DNA of 64,000 bases from the NCBI RefSeq assembly GCF_006345805.1, contig NC_043005.1, positions 92,008,001 through 92,072,000 on the forward strand. Direction: 5' to 3'. Positions 13,440-26,457 of this stretch are shown here, one piece after another; position 1 is the first letter of the stretch, and every line of letters begins with the position of its first letter. Origin of the DNA: Octopus sinensis (lineage: Eukaryota). Under the pieces are notes generated by a model. The model did not search any database and was not told where the DNA came from. It was given only the letters and a program-made list of their open reading frames with translations. Position numbers and translations under genes: made by a program.

Positions 13440-13970
13440 TGGACGTCATATCATACTCCTACAGAGTCTAGACATGAGCTGTTCACCTGAGTATTTCACA
13501 TCCAGGTCTTCTTTGAGGTATGTCAGTTCAGCTATTTTGGGATTGAATATGAGATTGTCATGAAGAGAGTACTTCCTGAGGATCTCACTGCCAACACACA
13601 GGATATTGTTCTCTTCAATTCTCAGCACTAGGTTTATATATTTATTTTTGCTGCTGTTGTTCAGCAAGTGCTGTCCAAGAGAGATTTTATGGCATTCAAA
13701 GGCTGTCTACACTGATCTCAAAGCATTCCATCTCGTTCATCTCTTCTTAAGTAGAGCCGGTCAATATCATTGTTTCTGTGAAAGTTTGTAATTGATGTCA
13801 AGATCTTATGGGTTTTAATGTCTTTCAAGTGTATTTCCCTTTCAGACCAGTCAGGTGCATTAAATGTAGCTAGCAACACTCTGAATGTATTGTGGAGCAC
13901 TGTCTTGTTGTAAGAGGAGAGTTCTGACTACTACATTTTTCTAAGTTCAGTTGTAATATTCTTGGCTCTC
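13440..13970 (-). mobile_element. Degenerate R4/Dong-like non-LTR retrotransposon fragment (end of RT and thumb)
   Basis: DWSEREIHLKDIKTHKILTSITNFHRNNDIDRLYLRRDERDGML resembles the R4-clade motif W..EEI..LD.KTRK.L.....HP..D.DRLY..R..GGRGL. Confidence 0.7.
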
Positions 13971-16900
13971 ACTATCTTTATTCATGGCACTGTCATATAT
14001 GTTTTCATATGTATCTGTCTATCTATTTATCAATGTCTGTCTTTATCTATCTATCTTTGTCAGTCTGTCTATCTATCTGTCTATTTTTCTGCTTTTATAT
14101 CTGTTTATTCTTAACTTGCTGCTCTATCTACCTGTTTTCTTTTCCTTCTTTTCCTGTTGTTTCCTTAATATGATCTACTGGTTGTTGTTTTTCTATTTCC
14201 CATTTCTGTTCCTCTGTCTCTTATTTCCCTGTAGTTGTTGATCTCCTCACAGGTCTTTATCTACCTAGTTTTATGCTATTTACATAATACTATTATCTAC
14301 CTCTTTGTCCAACTATCTATCTTCTTTCTTTTTATTGCCTTACACCTCCCATTTATATTGCTGTAACTTTATCACACACTTCATGTCTCAGTTCTACAGG
14401 CATTTTCACTCCCCTTCTCTCACACTTTTTTCTTTACTTCCTCTCAACTATCATAAGAGATGAAAGAATATCTTCAAGACATTGATTTCTCCATGAGTTT
14501 TATAGTGAATATAGTGGAATCTATTTTACTGGAACCTCCAACTGGTTAAAAATAACCTTCATGTGCATCTCCTGAGTAAATATGCTGAACAGAAGCACTA
14601 AGGCTTATTTGGAGAGAATCAATAGACATTGAAGAACTGACAAAGTGTAGCTTGCCTAAGCTTGCTTGAGCTTCTTATATACAAGACACATGACAAACAT
14701 CAAGGAAAAAAAAAAAAGCAACAAAAAATATGAACCAGTTGCATTCAACTCATCTTACAAAAATTCATGGAAAGATTGTCTAGAATGTACTTGGTATTCA
14801 TTTATCTTGGTGGTGGTGGTGGTGGTAGAATTGGAATATAGATGTACTTTCAACTCTCCTCATGGTCCCATAATCAATATGTATGTATGTATGTATGTGT
14901 GTGTGTGTATGTATGTATGTATGTATGTATGTATGTATGTATGAATGTATGTATGTATGTATGTACAACACATATACACACACATATATTTCACTATATC
15001 AAACTAGACTGACAGATGTTTTTATATACTACTGGTCACAATACTACTTCTGATTCTTTGCCATCTTGCCCCAGATTGATTAACTAAATTGTTATACATT
15101 TGTATGTATATACATAGGTATGTATTTCTCTTACACACTACCTGATGAGCAATATTGTTCTTAAACCTAAGGAACATCGTGTAGCAGAAAGCATTTGAGC
15201 TATCTTAATCTTTCTTTTCACTTCATATTTCTCATTTCCTGATTGCATATATCATAAGTGTATCCTTGATGTCCGTTCAATTGGATTTCCTTAATTATAA
15301 TATTTACATTTGGTGACTGCTGTTTCATGCAAACAATCATTGATTTTGTTTTCTCTATACCATTTCCATTCCTTTGTCATTTAGTGTAGTCACAAGGTTC
15401 TTTAGATAATTTTTGTTGAAAGTTGCTAAAGCATATAAGGTTACTGATCTTCATACTTCCTAATGGCGCACTTGGCACTCTTATGCTTTTCCCCAAATCT
15501 TCTCCATTTGGTTTTTTTCATTTTAACATATGTTGTTCCATGTTTTTGTGGGATGGACAGGGATACATTTGAAGCAGGATTCTATAACCAGCTGCTCTTC
15601 CTTTCACCTAAATCCCTAGCTCTTTTATAAATAAGGAATTTTCTTATTCCACAGATCTTTGAAAGTGCACAAAGTGCAAATTTATCATATCAAGAAGGAA
15701 TGTAAACTTATCATTGTTGTACTCAAGAGAAACTGTGGTATGTCGACATTAGGGCCATTCTTGCATGATGTATACATCAGTCAGAGACACAAACAATGAA
15801 ACATCTAGGCTGTAAATCTTGAAGATTTTTCACAGTAAAGTTTGAACCTATTCTGAAATTAAAAGTTTAACACCCAACCTCAAATGTTTTCACAAAATAC
15901 ATTTTCTGCAAGGATAATGAATAATGATCGAATAGAATATATTTTGATACTAACTGTCAACACTGATACTTTGTGAACCAGACACCGTCGGTTTCTGAAG
16001 AGTTTCATTATAAACAAACAGCCAAAACTGAAAAACTGGATAACAATAACAAAAAAGCTCTGACTGCAGTTTTGTGTATATTATCGATATCCTGTGTCTT
16101 ATCTGTGAATGTTTTATTGTTTGATAACGTTTGTCACATTTGTACATTGTTCTAGTTTCTATTGCTAATATTTTGAGCTTGGACAAAGCAGTTTTGTTGC
16201 AACAATTTAAAAATTGTTCCTGATGTTTTTTATTGTTAAAGGGGAACCTGTCAACTGCAACCTATGGTATCAGTGTAATCAATAAAATCCTTACAATAAT
16301 ATCAACTGGATTAGATGGAAAAAACTAGCTTTATTTACTAAGGATCAAAATTGCATTTTTTTTCTAGATGTGAGGTTTTAAAAATATTTCCAGTTTTGTG
16401 CTTTGTTGTTTTTTTATGATGATCGCTTAACATCAACCACATTGAACTCACATTCCCGTTATAAAGACTTGCTATGTATGTTGTATCCATAGCCTTAGCA
16501 AGTTTTTATAAGGGCATGACCAGCCATGTGGGTTCTGCAAGAGCTATGGACACTACTGTTTTTCCTTGATTTAAATAATCTTGGTTAAATCTTATTTTAA
16601 ATATGGGTGGGGTGGGGGAGCAGAGTGAAAGAAAATGCAAACGAAATGAAGAGGTAAGGCCAGAAGAGAAGACAGTTAAATAGGAAAGAAATGAAAGTTA
16701 ACAGAGGGAAATGGAAAGTATGAAATTACTTAATGTTATTGTGTAACATGGAAAATACCAATATCTAAATTCAAGTATAACATTTACATTTATAAATTCA
16801 AGGATATCAGTTCATAATCACTGAACTTAGTTCTTCACATGTATTCATGTGGGTAATCCTCCTTGTGTATTCTTATTCAATTTTAATTGAAGACTTGCCT

Positions 16901-17574
16901 GCTTATAATTAACAGTGGACCAAGACGGTTTCTTTCAAAGAATGAATGAGCTTGTATTGTGCAGACAAATGTTCTGTGATGACAATGTCTCTTCTTTCCA
17001 TCAAGTGCTTAAGCCAACTTTGCTAATCTGACAAGATTATGACACTGTCACAGGCAACTATCATCTTTATTTAAGGAGTGCATTTCAGCTGCAATATCTG
17101 CAACACGTTATACATAATTTGCAGATATTATAAGCACAGGTGTCTGCAGATGTGTCCTCATTCTCAATGCAATAGCAAAATATGTATTTTACACCCTTAT
17201 TTCTTCTACGACAGGGAAGTCTGTGTCATAACTTCCAGTATTTTTTAGTTTCATTTCTTTCACAATTTACTTATACATTTATATTTTAGCATCTTTAAAT
17301 GAGATTTTTTTTAAATATTGGAAGAAGAAAGTAAAAAATTAGAACATGCATAAAAGAACAATTTGATTCAGTATCAAAAAGAATTGTTAATATTGACCCT
17401 AATTTCACTAAAGACATTTAGAATTCATTAAAACTCTAAATATATTTTACAAACTGTTTTTTTTTTTTTTTTTTTCATGCATGTTTTGGTAGGAGGTATT
17501 TTTCTCTTCATTGAATGGAATATTTTTACTTCCAGAAATTAAATCTAATTCATTGACAAGTTTAACATAATCAC

Positions 17575-17632
17575 CTGGAGCTTGGGTACCTTTAGTGAAG
17601 CTTATTAACTCTACTACAAAGACTAATAAATC
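17575..17632 (-). CDS. Candidate 58-nt internal exon of an unidentified host gene (DLLVFVVELISFTKGTQAP)
   Basis: On the minus strand: long T-rich tract ending ttttatgtag, one open frame, and a CCAG|GTGATT donor. Homology not recognised. Confidence 0.3.
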
Positions 17633-18054
17633 CTACATAAAATATTTTTTTTAAATCCCATAAAAATATTTTTTTAAAATCAAAATTAAAAAAATATATA
17701 CATAAAATATAAAAAAAATTTAACAAGATGGTCATATGTGGAATATTAGTTGAATGATGAAAAGTTGGCACAGAAACAATTGTCTCAGGAAATTTCACTT
17801 CGTTGTTCAACCAATCAACTGCCGACATATTATAGGTCTGCTTACTGAAGATTAACCTGGAGCTTAACACCAAAAACAGCAGTAGCAACAATAAAAAATC
17901 TATAATTTTACTTTGCAGTGACAAGTTAGTGAAAACTAAAATATCTGTTCATGAAACCAATAACTTCAACAGTTTGCAACTGTGCTATTCGCTGAGAACT
18001 AAGATGGAAAAATCAATGTAAAGCAAATTACTAATAATAATGATTATTCTTACT

Positions 18055-20162
18055 AGTTTTGGCACAAGGCCAGCAATTTAGTAGGATGGCTAAGTTGATT
18101 ACATCATCCTCAGTGCTCAGCTGGTCCTATTCTATTGACCCTGAAAGGATGAAGGGCAAAGTTGACCTTAGTAGAATTTGAACTAAAAACGTAAAAATTT
18201 GGAAGAAATACTAGCAAGCATTTTCTCTGCACTCACCACCATAATAATAATAATCCTTTCTACTCTAATTAGAAGGCCTGAAACTCTGAGAGAGCCCAAG
18301 TCAATTAAACTGACCCCGGTGTTCAACTGGCACTTATTTTATTGACCCTGAAAAGATGTAAACATATCAACACCGGCTGTCAAACAATATTGGGGGACAA
18401 ATACACACACACATGATGGGCTTCTTTCAGTGAGATTGAACCTGGAACCATGTAGCTGGGAAGCAAACAGCATACCACACAACCATGCCTGCACCTTGAT
18501 TACATCAACATCACTACTTAAATGGTATTGGGTTGGCAAAAAAGTAATTTCTTTTTTCACAAATAGAATTAGGATTTTTTTCAATGGATTTTGTCAATGT
18601 TATGTTTCTTTTTTTGACATTTGATTGCTGTTACTTTTAGCTTACTTTAGAAGCAAATTGCATGTAATTTTGCTTACAGCTGTTAGTTCAGTATCAATTT
18701 TAACATGGAGTGCAAAAGTGAACATTTTAACCATATTTTGTTTTTTTATTTCCATAAAGGCAAAGAAAGCTGCTGAGGCTCAGAAAGAGATATGCGAAGT
18801 TTATCATGTTGATTGCTTAACAGAACGCACATGTCAGAAATGGTTTAAAAAATTTGGTTCTGGAAATTTTTCACTCAAAGATGATCAACGTTCTGGTTGA
18901 TCTACTGAAGTTGATGGCTGAATCAACGCCATAATTGAATCTGATTGTCATATAACAGTGCAAGAGATTGCAGAGAGGTTAAATGTATCACACACAGTAA
19001 TTGAAAATCACTTTAAATGTCTTGGACTCGTTAAGAAGCTTGATATTTGGGTTCCACATAAATTGAAAGACGTTCACTTAACATAATGATCAATATTTGC
19101 GATATGCATCTCAAATGCAATGAAATTGATCTTTTTTTTTAAAGGAATCATCACTGGTGATGAAAATTTGGTTGTCTACAATAACATCAATGGAAAATTG
19201 TCATGGTCCAAGCGTAATGAACCAGCTGCAAATCGCATCGAGAGCTAAATTCCACCAAAAAATGGTCAAGCTGTTAATTTGGTGGGATTACAAAGGTGTT
19301 GTGTATTTTGAGCTGCTTCCAAGGAACCAAACAATCAATTTAGATGTTTACTGTCAACAACTAATGAAACTAGAGGAAGCAGTCAAAGACAAATGGTTAG
19401 AATTAGCAAAACATAAAAGAATTGTGTTCCACCATGACAACGCTAGACCACACACGTCTTTGCTGACTGGTGAAAAATTATTGGAGCTTGGTTGGGAAGT
19501 GATGTCACATCCACCATATAGCCCTGACCTTGCTCCATCAAATTACCATTTATTTTGAAGTTTGAAAAACTCTTTGAATGGTAAAACTTTCAATAATGAT
19601 GATGACCTGAAATTGCACTTGCTTCAGTTTTTGGCTCATAAGGACACAGAAGTTCTATGGACACAGAGTCATGAAGTTGTCAGAAAGATGACAAAAGGTC
19701 ATCAAACAAAATGGAAAATATATAATTGATTTAAGTTCATTCTTTGTATGAGAAAAAAATTACTTTTATTACACACTAAAAAAAATCGAAATTACTTTCT
19801 AGCCAACCCAATATTTTCTCAAGCCTCAAGGGCTGAAAGACGAGTTTGATTTGTACTCAGAATGTAGAAAGCCAGAACAAATACAGCAGGGCACTTTTTT
19901 CTGACTTTCAAAGGATTCTGCTAATCCACCACCATTTTTGTTTCTAACATAAAATAAAGTACCAGCAGCATGTACTTTATTTTGTCAACACCCAGAAGAG
20001 TTAAAAGCAAAGTTGACCTCAGTGCAAATTAAAACTCAGAATGTAAAAAACTGAACCAAATACCACTGGCCATTTTGTCCCCCTCTCTCTCTCTCCCTAA
20101 CGATTCTCACATGCTGCAAAGCAAAGCATTTTGTCAGATACTCTAACGATTCTGTCAATCTA

Positions 20163-20194
<32 letters not shown>

Positions 20195-20480
20195 ACAACA
20201 ACAACAACAATGATGGATTGTGACTTAGAGTAAGATCAGCAAAATTTGAGGAGGAGGTTAGTTGATGCCATGAATGCCAGTAGTTGACTGGACTTTATTT
20301 TGTTGACTCTGGAGGGATGAAAGGCAAAACTGACCTCCGTGGAATTTGAACTCAGATTGTAAAGCGCCAAAAGAAATATCACTGATAATTTTTCCAATAC
20401 CCTAACAATTCTGCCAGCTTGCTGCCTTAAAATAGTTTCAGAAATTGGCACAGGGGTAGTAATTTTGAGGAAACAAGCTT
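18055..20480 (-). repeat. Several old, CpG-decayed copies of the main tRNA-derived SINE flanking the mariner (about 18055-18240, 18265-18360, 19815-19930, 19950-20160, 20225-20480); a second decayed SINE family at about 20766-21100
   Basis: Recognisable aaagttgacctcagtgcaaatt..aactcagaatgt versus the consensus aaagtcgacctcggcggaatttgaactcagaacgt. Confidence 0.7.
18526..19813 (+). mobile_element. Full-length mariner (DD34D) transposon with a defective transposase
   Basis: TIRs tattgggttggcaaaaaagtaatttc / gaaattactttctagccaacccaata, TA target duplication, length about 1.29 kb. Motifs CQKWFKKFGSGNFSLKDDQRSG, WWDYKGVVYFELL, FHHDNARPH and HPPYSPDLAPS are present, with stops and frameshifts. Confidence 0.95.
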
Positions 20481-22569
20481 TGTCAATACCATCAGCAACC
20501 ATACAAGTGTTGATGTGATGAATGACGTACTCTGTTCACTCCATAAATGGTTGATAGATTGAAGTGAGCAGGGACACACTCAGAATTTGAGAAGACTCTT
20601 TAGTCTTGCTGAGGGCTAGGTAATCTCTGTTGTGTTGATGCCACAAAAATGAACTCAGTACATGCTGTAAAGTGAAACATTAATGTGAGATATGACCCTC
20701 CACCCTGATCCTGTTGAACCATCCAGTAAAATAATGTGTCTGATGAGAAGTGGGGTGACATAAATAGATTTACTTTTTTCCTTTTACTCGCTTCAGTCAT
20801 TGGACTGTAGCCATATCAAGGGCACTGTTTTAAGGGTTTTAGTTAAAGAAATTGACCCCAGAAATTATAAGCCTGACACTTATTCTATCAGTCTTTTTTG
20901 CTGAACTGTTAAGTTACAGAGACATAAACCAACAACAGCTGTGAAGCAGTGGGGTGGGAGCAAACACAAATGCAAACACACACACGTGATGGATTTCCAC
21001 AGTTTCTGCCTACTGAATTCACTCACTAGGTATTGGCTGCCCAGGGTTATTGTAGATGTCTGTAGGATTGAATCCACAAGCCATATGACTGCAAAGTGAT
21101 CCACACAGTCATGAAATTTTTACAGTGGTGCCCCAGTGTGTATATTCTACTTACTGCAACATTAAGCATTTACTGCTATATAAGTAACACAACGTTTCAT
21201 TCCACGTGGCCGTGATGTGGGCCACATGATAAGCATGACAAAATTTATGATAAATGTGTCCAAAATGATAAGAAACATGCCTGAATAACAAACTCAACAT
21301 ATGTCAGAATTGATGACATGTCAAAATCGTTTTAACAAACACAATAAAATTGATGAACATGAGAAATGCGGCAAAATAATGACAAACATAATATGACAAA
21401 ATTGATGACAAAATGGCAAAAATGATTCCAAAAGTGAAAATAAATATGACAAAATTGATGATAGACACAACAGAATTGAAGACACAACAAATTTCATGAC
21501 AACACCAGAAAATTCTAAATTCATGAATGCATGTGCAATTTCCATTATGTACAAGTATATTGCTTTAGTGAATTTCATACAGAAGCAGCTCATATATAAA
21601 ACCAGACCAGCAATTTGTTGTATGTTTGTACAAAGCATAACTATTCCTATAATAGGAAAATGTCAGTATGTGAATGTTCATATGAAACAGGAATTGCAGT
21701 CTCATATGAACATTCTGTAATTACCATGACAACTACTTAATAACCGGGCAATTTTCTATACAAAATGTAAGAGAGATGAAGTTTTAGAACCATTCTTCTT
21801 CCCAGGGTTTGATGATGATGATAATAAAAAATTTCAAAGAAGTGAAAAAGCTATTATTCCAAAATCTGAGATTATTTTGATTGTTTTGACTGAAGAAAAC
21901 ATAGACATATGTATATATTGTTGTTATTATACAAAAGTGGCGTAAGTCTAAAACGTTGCTTTTTCAGAAAATGTAAAAGTAGTTTCACCATTCCATAGAA
22001 AAACCGTTGTACTACACTTTGACAATTTTTGATATCTTGACATCTGAAGTAGCTGGAGATACGATAGTTTAACCAAAAGAACCGGCTATTGCAAGCAAAA
22101 ATAAATATTGAAAAAACACATTTGGTCAAATTTGGACATGCGACAGTTTAACATAATATGGCTGCACCTCTCCTACATACGGATCACAGTGGACTTTACT
22201 CTTGATGAGAAATCCTTGCAATACAACACGACGTCTAAAAACTTTTCATAAAACTGTCATTTTTGTCATTACTTAATTTTTATATTTATTTTTATACTTT
22301 CTAAACTTTCCTGTATTTTTTGGTCTTTCCTTCTGTCATCTCTTCCTTCTCTGGATGTCCTTACTCTGTTTTCTCTAGTTTGCACCCGTTATTTTGCCTT
22401 CCTCTCCCTCCGTTTCCTTTCTTTTCTCTCCACATCTTCCCCCCTTTCTCCTCACTTTCTATTTGTTCCATCTTCATCGCTTTTATTTTCTTTTATTTTC
22501 TTCTCCCACCTTGCATATATTTTCTTCTCCACACGCCCTTTTCTTCTTATTATTCTTTTATTTATTTAC

Positions 22570-22607
<38 letters not shown>

Positions 22608-22699
22608 TATTATTATTATTATTATTTAATTTTTAAAATTTAATTTAATTTTATTTTATTTTATTTTTCTTCAAATGCTTGTGCTTCTTTCTGTCACAC

Positions 22700-25600
22700 C
22701 TTTTGTATGTTTCCTTTCCATGTTTAATTTCCTTTCCCTTTTTTTTTCTCCTTGTTATTCCACCATGCCGGACTATAAATCCTACCTCCTCACTCTTCAC
22801 CATCACCTAAAATATTACTTCTGCTTACTTCCTTCCCACTGCTTTCAGCCTCTCTTTACTCATTTAAAAAAAAACCGCTTCTCTAGCCACGTTTCATTTC
22901 TCAGCCACTGCTTACATCACAGCCTCATCCCTAAAGGTTTTTGCCTCCATTTCTACCCACTCTCCACTCTGCTTCACCCATCCTACCCATACTCCATACC
23001 ACATCTTACCGCCTTATGCGTGCCACCATTCGCTCCAATCTCTCTAAAATACATACCATCGACCGCCTTCTCCCTCCTGCTTTTTCCATCTTTTTCTCCT
23101 CTCTGCCACCCTTCCATGCTCACAACATGTTGCGTTATATAATTCATTTAAATCATCTCTTTCATCAATTTCTTGCCAACACCAAACTTCGTAAACTCCA
23201 CTCACTCCTCCACTCCATCACACCCGATGCCACTACCACAGCTCCTCCACTACCCTTCCCCCTACCTGATAGGCTCCACCCACACTCAACCCCACTGTCC
23301 CTCCAAACCCCCACACACATCCCCACTCCCTCCCCCAGCCTTCCACCAGCCCTCCTACCTCCACCCTACCCACCCCTCCTACTTCTATTCCATCCACCCC
23401 TTCTCCACTTCAGTCTGTTGTTACCATTCCCCCAGATCTTCCCCTCTCTGTGGTGAAGCACTCCATCCTCAGTAGGGGTCTGTGTTTCATCCCCCTCACT
23501 CCATCCTGTAAGGAATTTCAGACTCGTGCTGATATCCACAGCTTTGTGTGCCGCATCAGCTTGTGTGTGCTTTTCCGTGACACTCCACCCGCTTCAAACG
23601 AGGACTGCTTCACTGACCTGGGCCGCCGACCATCCCAGTGGATGCCTGTTCCTGGTCAGTTCCAAGCAGTGGATCTTTTTGCGGGCGCCTGTCAGCGCAC
23701 TTTGGAGCGGTTCAACTTCTCTGGGCGCCCACGTCGTCTCAACATCTCCCCAGCCGAACTCTCGGCACTTCATCCCCTCCGACGGCGCGCTGACATCGTT
23801 ATTAAACCGGCCGACAAGGGTGGAGCAGTGGTGGTATGGCGCGCGGATCTCTACAGGGCTGAAGCTCTCTGCCAACTCCATGACACCTCCTTCTACTGCC
23901 CTCTGTCCTCTGACCCCACGCCCAGCTACCAACAGACGGTCTCCTCTCCCATCCACGACCTCATCTCGTCCTCCCGTCTCCCCCACACCGCATTCAACCT
24001 CACCTCCGAACCCCCCGCACCTCCACCATTTACTTCCTCCCCAAAATCCACAAACCCGACAACCCTGGCCGCCCCATCATCTCCGCCTGTAACTGCCCCA
24101 CCGAGCTTATCTCCAATTATCTCGACCGTGTCCTTGCCTCCCTAGTAGCTTCTCTTTCTTCTCACATCCATGACACCAACCATGCTCTTCGTCTTTTCAA
24201 CTCTTTCTCCTTCCCTCCTGGCTCCTCCAAACTTCTCTTTACAATGGACATCCAGAGCCTCTACACTGTGATCCCTCACCACGAGGGGCTGCGTGCACTT
24301 AAACACTTCCTGGACCTCCGATCCAATCCCCAACCCGACACCCCCACACTCGTTCATCTGGCCAAACTTGTCCTCTCACTCAACTGCTTCTCGTTCGCGG
24401 GCGAGTTCTACCAACAAGTCTCGGAAGTGGTCATGGGAACGAGAATGGGCCCCAACTATGCGAACCTTTTCGTTGGCTATGTTGAGGCCCAAATATTCTC
24501 TAGTTTCACTGGTCCCACTCCCAAACTATATGGCCGTTACATTGATGACTGTATCGGTGCCACCTCACACTCTCGCGAACATCTAGACTCCTTCCTCTCT
24601 TTTGTCAAATCTTTCCATCCTGCCCTCCACTTCTCCTGCACTATCTCTGACACCTCTGTCTCCTTTCTTGATATTTCGGTCAGCATTCATCACTCCACTC
24701 TTACCACTTCGATCCACTACAAACACACGGACTCACACTCATACCTAAACTTCTCCTCCTCCCACCCCAAACACACCAAGCTTTCCATCCCCTATTCCCA
24801 ATTCCTCCGTCTACGCAGGCTCTGTAGTGACGACCATGACTTTGAGACTCACTTGCCCTTACCTCTCCAACACCACCCTCCTCACCGGCACCTATCATCG
24901 ACCCTATCGCATCATCGACTCCTTCACCTGCACCTCCAGCAATATCATCTATTGCATCTCCTGCTCTCTCTGCCATTCCCTGTACATCAGACAAACGGGA
25001 CGCCACTTGGCTGACCGGTTCACGGAACACCTCCGAGACATCCGCCTCGGCAATGACACTCCAGTCTCACGCCATGTCCGCTCCACCGGTCACTCCATGC
25101 AACACCTGTCTGTATTCGGATTGTCCTTGCAGAGGCCATCCGGACTCCCGTTTGCGCCGTGAACAGGGATTAATCTTCTCTCTTCATTCTTTTACGTCAT
25201 TTGGGCTCATCTCTCCTCCCATTTTCATCTAACCTCCTCCCTGACTCCTACTTCTCTTCACTCCTACATCTTTTCACCCCTTCTCTCTTTCCCTCTTCTC
25301 CCTTACTCTCTTTCTCTCTGCTCCCTCACTCTTCTTCTCTCCTCTCTCCCCCTCCCTCCTCCTTCTTCCCACCCAACTCTTCTCTCTTGCCCCAACTTCT
25401 ACTTCTCTTCACCCCTACTCTCTTTCCCTCTTCTCTCCTACTCTCTTTCTCTCCCCTCCTTCCCTCTTCCTCTCTTCTCTCCTACTCTTTCACCCTCTCT
25501 TTCTCTCTTCTCTCCTCCTCTCTCTCTCCTCACATAACCACCTTCCCCTCCCCCATAAACCCCCACCCTACTCCACCTTCCCGAACACCCTCCCCCTCGT

Positions 25601-26082
25601 GTACCCCCACCCTCTGCCTATCCACAAACCCCAACTCTACCCCAACCCCCAGCCGAACCCACACCCCACTACACCATACAACATTACACATCACATCACA
25701 CCACCCATACACCCATTCTCACATCTTCACACCTACACATACATACACGCACACGTCCAGACCACCAGCCTTCTTTCACACGCACATACATATTCTCTTA
25801 TACACACACGCACCTTTGTGTTGGGGGTCATCTTTACCTTGTTATCTCCCCTACTTTCCTCCTCGTGTTTGACCCTTCTGTCCGGCACTAGTCGCCATGA
25901 TAGAACGTTAGCCACTACACACATTTTTTTCTCTCCTTGTTTTTTTTTCTGTGTCCCTTTCTGTAGAAAAGCGTAGGCTCGAAACGTAAAAGACTTTTTC
26001 TATTCCTGAGCGTTATACTAATATATCTGTTTGTTTTGTACACCACCTGTCTTCGTCTTTTGTTTTTTTCGTAAACTTTCCC
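22700..26082 (+). mobile_element. Penelope-like element, Neptune-type (RT plus GIY-YIG), frameshifted and internally deleted, with 3' pseudo-LTR
   Basis: FLSHCL..LIPKGF; IVIKPADKGGAVVVW; MDIQSLYTVIPH; MGTRMGPNYANLFVG; YGRYIDD; SHPKHTKLSIPYSQFLRLRRLCSD; FTCTSSNIIYCISCSLCHSLYIRQTGRHLADRFTEHLRDI. Confidence 0.93.
25957..25992 (+). ncRNA. HHR-like motif with non-canonical core CUGUAGA in the Neptune pseudo-LTR
   Basis: cttt-CTGTAGA-A-aagc(gtag)gctc-GAAAC-GTA-aaag; the copy at 3348-3354 has the same CTGTAGA. Confidence 0.5.
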
Positions 26083-26403
26083 TATATATATATATATACA
26101 CTCACACACATATACAAGGTGAGCAAAAGGTGTACATACGCTGCTTTATGTATATATAAATCCAGAAAACGGAATAAGAATGTAACGGACGGCCATAAAA
26201 ACACACAGAAAGATAGACGATACAAAGATGGACAGGGAAAACCCAGGAACGTCAGCTTAACTTAAATTGTCCTTATTAGTCGAAAGACACTTGTTGTTTT
26301 TGTTTTGTTAGTATTTGTAATCGTATAATATTTTCTCCGTTTTCTCGTTTTTTTTGTTTGTGTTGTCGTACACATTCGCTACGTTCTTATTCCATTTTGG
26401 GAT

Positions 26404-26419
<16 letters not shown>

Positions 26420-26457
<38 letters not shown>

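Noticed and set aside
15130-15185. CTGATGA followed by a short hairpin, resembling an HHR
   Set aside because: No GAAA follows the stem and there is no valid cleavage triplet or stem I; at best a decayed remnant.
16900-17200. Minus-strand peptides faintly like a hAT transposase (SANYV*RVADIAAEM...ALDG)
   Set aside because: Too degenerate to support without a profile search.
21290-21530. Loose repeats of aaaattgatga / atatgacaa
   Set aside because: Degenerate low-complexity minisatellite with no regular repeat-spacer structure; not CRISPR-like.
23526-25976. Long overlapping alternative-frame and antisense ORFs, including the S/P/L-rich ORF at 25201-25872
   Set aside because: Shadows of the C/T-skewed Neptune element, where stop codons are rare.
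26161-26402. Imperfect terminal inverted repeat, with cttatta-gtc(gaaa)gac at 26272-26288 resembling a decayed HHR
   Set aside because: The arms have several mismatches, the core has two substitutions and GAAAC is absent; cannot be supported.
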